Shown: positions 47,039-58,375 of the stretch, one piece after another
Layout: each line of letters begins with the position of its first letter
Numbering within the stretch: position 1 is the first letter of the stretch
From: Eledone cirrhosa
Taxonomy: Eukaryota
Assembly: GCA_964016885.1 (NCBI GenBank)
Contig: OZ024744.1
Location: 122,574,001 to 122,638,000, forward strand
Direction: 5' to 3'
Length of the DNA stretch: 64,000 nt
Notes under the pieces: generated by a model
The model's input: the letters and a program-made list of their open reading frames with translations, nothing else
Told to the model about the DNA's origin: nothing
Databases searched by the model: none
Program-made: the position numbers and the translations under genes

Positions 47039-48543
47039 TGGGGGAAGTCTTGTACTCTCAGTCACTTAACACCAATGACACTAAGACAGACTTTAACCAT
47101 GTGATGGACTGGTGTCCTGTCCAGGGGGAAGTCTTGTACTCTGTCACTTAACACCAATGACACTAAGACAGACTTTAACCTTGTGATGGACTGGTGTCAT
47201 GTCCAGGGGGAAGTTTTGTACTCTGTCACTTAACACCAATGACACTAAGACAGACTTTAACCTTGTGATGGACTGGTGTCCTGTCCAGGGGGAAGTTTTG
47301 TACTCTGTCACTTAACACCAATGACACTAAGACAGACTTTAACCTTGTGATGGACTCGTGTCCTGTCCAGGGGAAGTCTTGTACTCTGTCACTTAACACC
47401 AATGACACTAAGACAGACTTTAACCTTGTGATGGACTGGTGTCCTGTCCAGGGGGAAGTTTTGTACTCTGTCACTTAACACCAATGACACTAAGACAGAC
47501 TTTAACCTTGTGATGGACTGGTGTCCTGTCCAGCGGGAAGTCTTGTACTCTGTCACTTAACACCAATGACACTAAGACAGACTTTAACCTTGTGATGGAC
47601 TGGTGTCCTGTCCAGGGGGAAGTTTTGTACTCTGTCACTTAACACCAATGACACTAAGACAGACTTTAACCTTGTGATGGACTGGTGTCATGTCCAGGGG
47701 AAGTCTTGTACTCTGTCACTTAACACCAATGACACTAAGACAGACTTTAACCTTGTGATGGACTGGTGTCCTGTCCAGGGGGAAGTTTTGTACTCTGTCA
47801 CTTAACACCAATGACACTAAGACAGACTTTAACCATGTGATGGACTGGTGTCCTGTCCAGGGGAAGTCTTGTACTCTGTCACTTAACACCAATGACACTA
47901 AGACAGACTTTAACCATGTGATGGACTGGTGTCCTGTCCAGGGGAAGTCTTGTACTCTGTCACTTATCACCAATGACACTAAGACAGACTTTAACCTTGT
48001 GATGGACTGGTGTCCTGTCCAGGGGGAAGTCTTGTACTCTGTCACTTAACACCAATGACACTAAGACAGACTTTAACCTTGTGATGGACTGGTGTCCTGT
48101 CCAGGGGGAAGTCTTGTACTCTCCGTCACTTAACACCAATGACACTAAGACAGACTTTAACCATGTGATGGACTGGTGTCCTGTCCAGGGGAAGTCTTGT
48201 ACTCTGTCACTTAACACCAATGACACTAAGACAGACTTTAACCTTGTGATGGACTGGTGTCCTGTCAAGGGGGAAGTCTTGTACTCTGTCACTTAACACC
48301 AATGACACTAAGATAGACTTTAACCTTGTGATGGACTGGTGTCCTGTCAAGGAGGAAGTCTTGTACTCTGTCACTTAACACCAAGGACACTAAGACAGAC
48401 TTTAACCTTGTGATGGACTGGTGTCCTGTCAAGGGGGAAGTCTTGTACTCTGTCACTTAACACCAATGGCACTAAGACAGACTTTAACCATGTGATGGAC
48501 TGGTGTCCTGTCCAGGGGGAAGTCTTGTACTCTGTCACCTAAC

Positions 48544-48734
48544 ATTAATTGTTTCTACTTTAGGCACAAGGCCACCAATTACCCAGTGCATTACTGGTAC
48601 TTTATTTTATCGACCCCGTAAGGATGAAAGGCAAAGTCAACCTCGGCGGGATTTGAACTCAGATCATAAAGGGACGTAACTATGCTGGAAAGCATGGCGT
48701 CCAACCCTCTACTGATACTGCCAATCCATCGCCC
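48544..48734 (-). mobile_element. SINE in satellite, copy 2 (variant B)
   Basis: 191 bp, same junctions as copy 1. Diagnostic bases gtccAaccc and aatccaTcgccc. Confidence 0.9.
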
Positions 48735-50327
48735 TGGGGGAAGTCTTGTACTCTCAGTCACTTAACACCAATGACACTAAGACAGACTTTAACCATGTGA
48801 TGGACTGGTGTCCTGTCCAGGGTAAGTCTTGTACTCTGTCACTTAACATTAATGACACTAAGACAGACTTTAACCTTGTGATGGACTGGTGTCCTGTCCA
48901 GAGGGAAGTCTTGTAATCTGTCACTTAACACCAATGACACTAAGACAGACTTTAACCTTGTAATGGACTGGTGTCCTGTCCAATGGGAAGTATTGTACTC
49001 TGTCACTTAAGACCAATGAAACTGAGATAGACTTTAACCTTGTGATGGACTGGTGTCCTGTCCAGGGATAAGTCTTGTACTCTGTCACTTAATACCAATG
49101 ACACTAAGACAAGCTCTAAAGATGTGATGGACTGGTGTCCTGTCCAATGGGAAGTATTGTACTCTGTCACTTAACACCAATGACACTAAGACAGAGTTTA
49201 ACCATGTGATGGACTGGTGTCCTGTCCAGGGGGAAGTCTTGTACTCTGTGACTTAACCCCAATGACACTAAGACAGTCGTTAACCTTGTAATGAACTGGT
49301 GTCCTGTCCAGGGGGAAGTCTTGTACTCTCAGTGACTTAACACCAATGACACTAAGACAGACTTTAACCATGTGATGGACTGGTGTCCTGTCCAGGGGGA
49401 AGTCTTGAACTCTGTCACTTAACACCAATGACACTAAAACAGACTTTATCCATGTGATTCACTGGTGTCCTCTCCAGGAGCAAGTCTTGTACTCTGTCAC
49501 TTAATACTAATGACACTAAGACAGACTTTAACCTTGTGATGGACTGGTGTCCTGTCAAGGAGGAAGTCTTGTACTCTGTCACTTCACACCAATGACACTA
49601 AGACAGACTTTAACCTTGTGATGGACTGGTGTCCTGTCCAGGGGGAAGTCTTGTACTCTGTCACTTAACACCAATGACACTAAGACAGATTTTAACCTTG
49701 TGATGGACTGGTGTCCTGTCCAGGGGCAAGTCTTGTACTCTGTCATTTAACACCAATGACACTAAGATTGACTTTAACCATGTGATGGACTGGTGTCCTG
49801 TCCAGGGGGAAGTCTTGTACTCTGTCACTTAACACCAATGACACTAAGACAGACTTTAACCTTGTGATGGACTGTTGTCATGTCCAGGGGGAAGTCTTGT
49901 ACTCTGTCACTTAACACCAATGACACTAAGACAGACTTTAACCTTGTGATGGACTGGTGTCCTGTCAAGGAGGAAGTATTGTACACTGTCACTTAACACC
50001 AATGACACTAAGACAGACTTTAACCTTGTGATGGACTGGTGTCATGTCCAGGGGGAAGTCTTGTACTCTGTCACTTAACACCAATGACACTAAGACAAAC
50101 TTTAACCTTGTGATGGACTGGTGTCCTGTCAAGGAGGAAGTATTGTACACTGTCACTTAACACCAATGACACTAAGACAGACTTTAACCTTGTGATGGAC
50201 TGGTGTCCTGTCCAGGGGGAAGTCTTGTACTCTCAGTCACTTAACACCAATGACACTAAGACGGACTTTAACCATGTGATGGACTGGTGTCCTGTCCAGG
50301 GGGAAGTCTTGTACTCTGTCACCTAAC

Positions 50328-50518
50328 ATTAATTGTTTCTACTTTAGGCACAAGGCCACCAATTACCCAGTGCATTACTGGTACTTTATTTTATCGACCC
50401 CGTAAGGATGAAAGGCAAAGTCAACCTCGGCGGGATTTGAACTCAGATCATAAAGGGACGTAACTATGCTGGAAAGCATGGCGTCCGACCCTCTACTGAT
50501 ACTGCCAATCCACCGCCC
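50328..50518 (-). mobile_element. SINE in satellite, copy 3 (variant A)
   Basis: 191 bp, same junctions. Diagnostic bases gtccGaccc and aatccaCcgccc. Confidence 0.9.
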
Positions 50519-51937
50519 TGGGGGAAGTCTTGTACTCTCAGTCACTTAACACCAATGACACTAAGACAGACTTTAACCATGTGATGGACTGGTGTCCTGT
50601 CCAGGGGAAGTCTTGTACTCTGTCACTAAACACCAATGACACTAAGACAGACTTTAACCTTGTGATGGACTGGTGTCATGTCCAGGGGAAGTCTTGTACT
50701 CTGTCACTTAACACCAATGACACTAAGACAGACTTTAACCTTGTGATGGACTGGTGTCCTGTCCAGGGGGAAGTTTTGTACTCTGTCACTTAACACCAAT
50801 GACACTAAGACAGACTTTAACCTTGTGATGGACTCGTGTCCTGTCCAGGGGGAAGTCTTGTACTCTGTCACTTAACACCAATGACACTAAGACAGACTTT
50901 AACCTTGTGATGGACTGGTGTCCTGTCCAGGAGGAAGTCTTGTACTCTGTCACTTAACACCAATGACACTAAGACAGACTTTAACCTTGTGATGGACTGG
51001 TGTCCTGTCCAGGAGGAAGTCTTGTACTCTGTCACTTAACACCAATGACACTAAGACAGACTTTAACCTTGTGATGGACTGGTGTCCTGTCCAGGAGGAA
51101 GTCTTGTACTCTGTCACTTAACACCAATGACACTAAGACAGACTTTAACCTTGTGATGGACTGGTGTCCTGTACAGGAGGAAGTTTGTACTCTGTCACTT
51201 AACACCATGACACTAAGACAGACTTTAACCATGTGATGGACTGGTGTCCTGTCCAGGGGAAGTCTTGTACTCTGTCACTTAACACCAATGACACTAAGAC
51301 AGACTTTAACCATGTGATGGACTGGTGTCCTGTCCAGGGGAAGTCTTGTACTCTGTCACTTATCACCAATGACACTAAGACAGACTTTAACCTTGTGATG
51401 GACTGGTGTCCTGTCCAGGGGGAAGTCTTGTACTCTGTCACTTAACACCAATGACACTAAGACAGACTTTAACCTTGTGATGGACTGGTGTCCTGTCCAG
51501 GGGGAAGTCTTGTACTCTGTCACTTAACACCAATGACACTAAGACAGACTTTAACCATGTGATGGACTGGTGTCCTGTCCAGGGGAAGTCTTGTACTCTG
51601 TCACTTAACACCAATGACACTAAGACAGACTTTAACCTTGTGATGGACTGGTGTCCTGTCAAGGGGGAAGTCTTGTACTCTGTCACTTAACACCAATGAC
51701 ACTAAGATAGACTTTAACCTTGTGATGGACTGGTGTCCTGTCAAGGAGGAAGTCTTGTACTCTGTCACTTAACACCAAGGACACTAAGACAGACTTTAAC
51801 CTTGTGATGGACTGGTGTCCTGTCAAGGGGGAAGTCTTGTACTCTGTCACTTAACACCAATGGCACTAAGACAGACTTTAACCATGTGATGGACTGGTGT
51901 CCTGTCCAGGGGGAAGTCTTGTACTCTGTCACCTAAC

Positions 51938-52128
51938 ATTAATTGTTTCTACTTTAGGCACAAGGCCACCAATTACCCAGTGCATTACTGGTACTTTATT
52001 TTATCGACCCCGTAAGGATGAAAGGCAAAGTCAACCTCGGCGGGATTTGAACTCAGATCATAAAGGGACGTAACTATGCTGGAAAGCATGGCGTCCAACC
52101 CTCTACTGATACTGCCAATCCATCGCCC
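51938..52128 (-). mobile_element. SINE in satellite, copy 4 (variant B)
   Basis: 191 bp, matches copy 2. Confidence 0.9.
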
Positions 52129-53721
52129 TGGGGGAAGTCTTGTACTCTCAGTCACTTAACACCAATGACACTAAGACAGACTTTAACCATGTGATGGACT
52201 GGTGTCCTGTCCAGGGTAAGTCTTGTACTCTGTCACTTAACATTAATGACACTAAGACAGACTTTAACCTTGTGATGGACTGGTGTCCTGTCCAGAGGGA
52301 AGTCTTGTAATCTGTCACTTAACACCAATGACACTAAGACAGACTTTAACCTTGTAATGGACTGGTGTCCTGTCCAATGGGAAGTATTGTACTCTGTCAC
52401 TTAAGACCAATGAAACTGAGATAGACTTTAACCTTGTGATGGACTGGTGTCCTGTCCAGGGATAAGTCTTGTACTCTGTCACTTAATACCAATGACACTA
52501 AGACAAGCTCTAAAGATGTGATGGACTGGTGTCCTGTCCAATGGGAAGTATTGTACTCTGTCACTTAACACCAATGACACTAAGACAGAGTTTAACCATG
52601 TGATGGACTGGTGTCCTGTCCAGGGGGAAGTCTTGTACTCTGTGACTTAACCCCAATGACACTAAGACAGTCGTTAACCTTGTAATGAACTGGTGTCCTG
52701 TCCAGGGGGAAGTCTTGTACTCTCAGTGACTTAACACCAATGACACTAAGACAGACTTTAACCATGTGATGGACTGGTGTCCTGTCCAGGGGGAAGTCTT
52801 GAACTCTGTCACTTAACACCAATGACACTAAAACAGACTTTATCCATGTGATTCACTGGTGTCCTCTCCAGGAGCAAGTCTTGTACTCTGTCACTTAATA
52901 CTAATGACACTAAGACAGACTTTAACCTTGTGATGGACTGGTGTCCTGTCAAGGAGGAAGTCTTGTACTCTGTCACTTCACACCAATGACACTAAGACAG
53001 ACTTTAACCTTGTGATGGACTGGTGTCCTGTCCAGGGGGAAGTCTTGTACTCTGTCACTTAACACCAATGACACTAAGACAGATTTTAACCTTGTGATGG
53101 ACTGGTGTCCTGTCCAGGGGCAAGTCTTGTACTCTGTCATTTAACACCAATGACACTAAGATTGACTTTAACCATGTGATGGACTGGTGTCCTGTCCAGG
53201 GGGAAGTCTTGTACTCTGTCACTTAACACCAATGACACTAAGACAGACTTTAACCTTGTGATGGACTGTTGTCATGTCCAGGGGGAAGTCTTGTACTCTG
53301 TCACTTAACACCAATGACACTAAGACAGACTTTAACCTTGTGATGGACTGGTGTCCTGTCAAGGAGGAAGTATTGTACACTGTCACTTAACACCAATGAC
53401 ACTAAGACAGACTTTAACCTTGTGATGGACTGGTGTCATGTCCAGGGGGAAGTCTTGTACTCTGTCACTTAACACCAATGACACTAAGACAAACTTTAAC
53501 CTTGTGATGGACTGGTGTCCTGTCAAGGAGGAAGTATTGTACACTGTCACTTAACACCAATGACACTAAGACAGACTTTAACCTTGTGATGGACTGGTGT
53601 CCTGTCCAGGGGGAAGTCTTGTACTCTCAGTCACTTAACACCAATGACACTAAGACGGACTTTAACCATGTGATGGACTGGTGTCCTGTCCAGGGGGAAG
53701 TCTTGTACTCTGTCACCTAAC

Positions 53722-53912
53722 ATTAATTGTTTCTACTTTAGGCACAAGGCCACCAATTACCCAGTGCATTACTGGTACTTTATTTTATCGACCCCGTAAG
53801 GATGAAAGGCAAAGTCAACCTCGGCGGGATTTGAACTCAGATCATAAAGGGACGTAACTATGCTGGAAAGCATGGCGTCCGACCCTCTACTGATACTGCC
53901 AATCCACCGCCC
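53722..53912 (-). mobile_element. SINE in satellite, copy 5 (variant A)
   Basis: 191 bp, matches copy 3. Confidence 0.9.
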
Positions 53913-54598
53913 TGGGGGAAGTCTTGTACTCTCAGTCACTTAACACCAATGACACTAAGACAGACTTTAACCATGTGATGGACTGGTGTCCTGTCCAGGG
54001 GAAGTCTTGTACTCTGTCACTAAACACCAATGACACTAAGACAGACTTTAACCTTGTGATGGACTGGTGTCATGTCCAGGGGAAGTCTTGTACTCTGTCA
54101 CTTAACACCAATGACACTAAGACAGACTTTAACCTTGTGATGGACTGGTGTCCTGTCCAGGGGGAAGTTTTGTACTCTGTCACTTAACACCAATGACACT
54201 AAGACAGACTTTAACCTTGTGATGGACTCGTGTCCTGTCCAGGGGGAAGTCTTGTACTCTGTCACTTAACACCAATGACACTAAGACAGACTTTAACCTT
54301 GTGATGGACTGGTGTCCTGTCCAGGAGGAAGTCTTGTACTCTGTCACTTAACACCAATGACACTAAGACAGACTTTAACCTTGTGATGGACTGGTGTCCT
54401 GTCCAGGGGGAAGTCTTGTACTCTGTCACTTAACACCAATGACACTAAGACAGACTTTAACCTTGTGATGGACTGGTGTCCTGTCCAGGAGGAAGTCTTG
54501 TACTCTGTCACTTAACACCAATGGCACTAAGACAGACTTTAACCATGTGATGGACTGGTGTCCTGTCCAGGGGGAAGTCTTGTACTCTGTCACCTAAC

Positions 54599-54789
54599 AT
54601 TAATTGTTTCTACTTTAGGCACAAGGCCACCAATTACCCAGTGCATTACTGGTACTTTATTTTATCGACCCCGTAAGGATGAAAGGCAAAGTCAACCTCG
54701 GCGGGATTTGAACTCAGATCATAAAGGGACGTAACTATGCTGGAAAGCATGGCGTCCAACCCTCTACTGATACTGCCAATCCATCGCCC
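54599..54789 (-). mobile_element. SINE in satellite, copy 6 (variant B)
   Basis: 191 bp, matches copy 2. Confidence 0.9.
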
Positions 54790-56382
54790 TGGGGGAAGTC
54801 TTGTACTCTCAGTCACTTAACACCAATGACACTAAGACAGACTTTAACCATGTGATGGACTGGTGTCCTGTCCAGGGTAAGTCTTGTACTCTGTCACTTA
54901 ACATTAATGACACTAAGACAGACTTTAACCTTGTGATGGACTGGTGTCCTGTCCAGAGGGAAGTCTTGTAATCTGTCACTTAACACCAATGACACTAAGA
55001 CAGACTTTAACCTTGTAATGGACTGGTGTCCTGTCCAATGGGAAGTATTGTACTCTGTCACTTAAGACCAATGAAACTGAGATAGACTTTAACCTTGTGA
55101 TGGACTGGTGTCCTGTCCAGGGATAAGTCTTGTACTCTGTCACTTAATACCAATGACACTAAGACAAGCTCTAAAGATGTGATGGACTGGTGTCCTGTCC
55201 AATGGGAAGTATTGTACTCTGTCACTTAACACCAATGACACTAAGACAGAGTTTAACCATGTGATGGACTGGTGTCCTGTCCAGGGGGAAGTCTTGTACT
55301 CTGTGACTTAACCCCAATGACACTAAGACAGTCGTTAACCTTGTAATGAACTGGTGTCCTGTCCAGGGGGAAGTCTTGTACTCTCAGTGACTTAACACCA
55401 ATGACACTAAGACAGACTTTAACCATGTGATGGACTGGTGTCCTGTCCAGGGGGAAGTCTTGAACTCTGTCACTTAACACCAATGACACTAAAACAGACT
55501 TTATCCATGTGATTCACTGGTGTCCTCTCCAGGAGCAAGTCTTGTACTCTGTCACTTAATACTAATGACACTAAGACAGACTTTAACCTTGTGATGGACT
55601 GGTGTCCTGTCAAGGAGGAAGTCTTGTACTCTGTCACTTCACACCAATGACACTAAGACAGACTTTAACCTTGTGATGGACTGGTGTCCTGTCCAGGGGG
55701 AAGTCTTGTACTCTGTCACTTAACACCAATGACACTAAGACAGATTTTAACCTTGTGATGGACTGGTGTCCTGTCCAGGGGCAAGTCTTGTACTCTGTCA
55801 TTTAACACCAATGACACTAAGATTGACTTTAACCATGTGATGGACTGGTGTCCTGTCCAGGGGGAAGTCTTGTACTCTGTCACTTAACACCAATGACACT
55901 AAGACAGACTTTAACCTTGTGATGGACTGTTGTCATGTCCAGAGGGAAGTCTTGTACTCTGTCACTTAACACCAATGACACTAAGACAGACTTTAACCTT
56001 GTGATGGACTGGTGTCCTGTCAAGGAGGAAGTATTGTACACTGTCACTTAACACCAATGACACTAAGACAGACTTTAACCTTGTGATGGACTGGTGTCAT
56101 GTCCAGGGGGAAGTCTTGTACTCTGTCACTTAACACCAATGACACTAAGACAAACTTTAACCTTGTGATGGACTGGTGTCCTGTCAAGGAGGAAGTATTG
56201 TACACTGTCACTTAACACCAATGACACTAAGACAGACTTTAACCTTGTGATGGACTGGTGTCCTGTCCAGGGGGAAGTCTTGTACTCTCAGTCACTTAAC
56301 ACCAATGACACTAAGACGGACTTTAACCATGTGATGGACTGGTGTCCTGTCCAGGGGGAAGTCTTGTACTCTGTCACCTAAC

Positions 56383-56573
56383 ATTAATTGTTTCTACTTT
56401 AGGCACAAGGCCACCAATTACCCAGTGCATTACTGGTACTTTATTTTATCGACCCCGTAAGGATGAAAGGCAAAGTCAACCTCGGCGGGATTTGAACTCA
56501 GATCATAAAGGGACGTAACTATGCTGGAAAGCATGGCGTCCGACCCTCTACTGATACTGCCAATCCACCGCCC
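56383..56573 (-). mobile_element. SINE in satellite, copy 7 (variant A)
   Basis: 191 bp, matches copy 3. Confidence 0.9.
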
Positions 56574-57895
56574 TGGGGGAAGTCTTGTACTCTGTCACTT
56601 AACACCAATGACACTAAGACAGACTTTAACCTTGTGATGGACTGGTGTCCTGTCCAGGGGAAGTCTTGTACTCTGTCACTAAACACCAATGACACTAAGA
56701 CAGACTTTAACCTTGTGATGGACTGGTGTCATGTCCAGGGGAAGTCTTGTACTCTGTCACTTAACACCAATGACACTAAGACAGACTTTAACCTTGTGAT
56801 GGACTGGTGTCCTGTCCAGGGGGAAGTTTTGTACTCTGTCACTTAACACCAATGACACTAAGACAGACTTTAACCTTGTGATGGACTCGTGTCCTGTCCA
56901 GGGGGAAGTCTTGTACTCTGTCACTTAACACCAATGACACTAAGACAGACTTTAACCTTGTGATGGACTGGTGTCCTGTCCAGGAGGAAGTCTTGTACTC
57001 TGTCACTTAACACCAATGACACTAAGACAGACTTTAACCTTGTGATGGACTGGTGTCCTGTCCAGGGGGAAGTCTTGTACTCTGTCACTTAACACCAATG
57101 ACACTAAGACAGACTTTAACCTTGTGATGGACTGGTGTCCTGTCCAGGAGGAAGTCTTGTACTCTGTCACTTAACACCAATGACACTAAGACAGACTTTA
57201 ACCTTGTGATGGACTGGTGTCCTGTACAGGAGGAAGTTTGTACTCTGTCACTTAACACCATGACACTAAGACAGACTTTAACCATGTGATGGACTGGTGT
57301 CCTGTCCAGGAGGAAGTCTTGTACTCTGTCACTTAACACCAATGACACTAAGACAGACTTTAACTTTGTGATGGACTGGTGTCCTGTACAGGAGGAAGTC
57401 TTGTACTCTGTCACTTAACACCAATGACACTAAGACAGACTATAACCATGTGATGGACTGGTGTCCTGTCCAGGAGGAAGTCTTGTACTCTGTCACTTAA
57501 CACCAATAAAACTAAGACTGACTTTAACTTGTGATGGGCTGGTATCCTGTCCAGAGGGAAGTCTTGTACTCTCAGTCACTTAACACCAATGACAATAAGA
57601 CAGACTTTAACCATGTGATGCACTGGTGTCTTGTCCAGGGGGAAGTCTTGTACTCTGTCACTTAACACTAAGATAGACTTTAACCTTGTGATGGACTGGT
57701 GTCCTGTCCAGGGGGAAGTCTTGTAGTCTCAGTTACCTAACACCATAATGAGTGTCCAGGCTTAAGGCCGATTTTAGACATAATTAAACATTTCTAATAT
57801 TTATCTAACAGGATATTACTAATCTTTATTAATTGTATTACAACATATTAATTAATATAATGAACCCATGAAGAAGAACACATTTCATTACATAC

Positions 57896-57986
57896 CAGTT
57901 AATAAAATGAGGCATGGGCCTTCATTCAGTGAAGCAGCTGTCGTGTCAGTCAACTCATTTAGAGCTTTCACATACCATGGAAATTC
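57896..57986 (-). CDS. NXN: Nucleoredoxin exon (third visible), 91 bp: EFPWYVKALNELTDTTAASLNEGPCLILLT+1 nt
   Basis: Read by hand and absent from the ORF track. Acceptor tgtattttttaaAG|GAATTT, donor ACTG|GTATGT. The phase 0 start matches the previous exon. The peptide matches the nucleoredoxin motif EFPW..K...EL....A..LNEGPCL.L, which links the catalytic domain to the C-terminal PDI b'-like domain. Confidence 0.9.
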
Positions 57987-58233
57987 CTTTAAAAAATACA
58001 AACATTTCTTTTTTTAAACGACATAATATTTAGACAGAAATTTCAGAAAAACAATTAAGACTCCCCAGAATAAACTCTATTCTCATGGTATTTCTAATTG
58101 ATGATACTGCCTATTCTTTTTTGTTGCGCACTTATTCTCGAGAGGGTTATTTGGGGCAACAAAAAACGGTCGTTATCTAAGATAAGGGTTGGCTCGAATA
58201 CCGATGATTTTCAAATAATCTTAAAAAATAATC

Positions 58234-58267
58234 AAGAATTTGAAGAATCTAAATTCTTCAAATTCTT
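58234..58267. repeat. Perfect 15-bp inverted repeat with 4-nt loop
   Basis: aagaatttgaagaat-ctaa-attcttcaaattctt. Confidence 0.85.
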
Positions 58268-58375
58268 CTTTATTAGTATTAAGCTAGAGTTTGGAACATA
58301 ACAAGGATTCTTACATTAAAAACTAGAATACACAGCAAACCCCACCAATTCTACATCACAAAGTTAGTTTGGCAC

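Larger units (their letters stand above)
1..57745. repeat. Satellite DNA array, 82-bp monomer, ~690 copies head-to-tail, open at the left window edge
   Basis: Consensus cacttaacaccaatgacactaagacagactttaaccWtgtgatggactggtgtcctgtccagggggaagtcttgtactctgt recurs continuously in one orientation. Length variants are 81 bp (shorter G tract or ccat-gac), 84 bp (ctctCAgtcac or ctctCCgtcac), a 17-bp deletion form and a 9-bp deletion form. The last degenerate unit ends at ...agttacctaacacca (57745). Copy number is array length minus SINE inserts, divided by 82. Confidence 0.99.

Noticed and set aside
370-57414. About 150 short ORFs (MTEYKTSPWTGHQ..., MDWCPVQGEVLYS...) as a repetitive protein family
   Set aside because: They are translations of the 82-bp monomer on both strands. 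82 is not a multiple of 3, stops recur every few units, and longer ORFs arise only where 81/84-bp variants happen to keep frame.
1-57745. CRISPR array or other repeat-spacer system
   Set aside because: There are no unique spacers. The whole unit is repeated with point variants, the only inserts are seven copies of one SINE, there are no cas genes, and the context is a spliced eukaryotic gene.
1-57745. Ribozyme-encoding satellite (as in newt or schistosome hammerhead satellites) or tandem RNA gene array
   Set aside because: No CUGAnGA core on either strand of the monomer, and no tRNA, 5S or snRNA features recognised.
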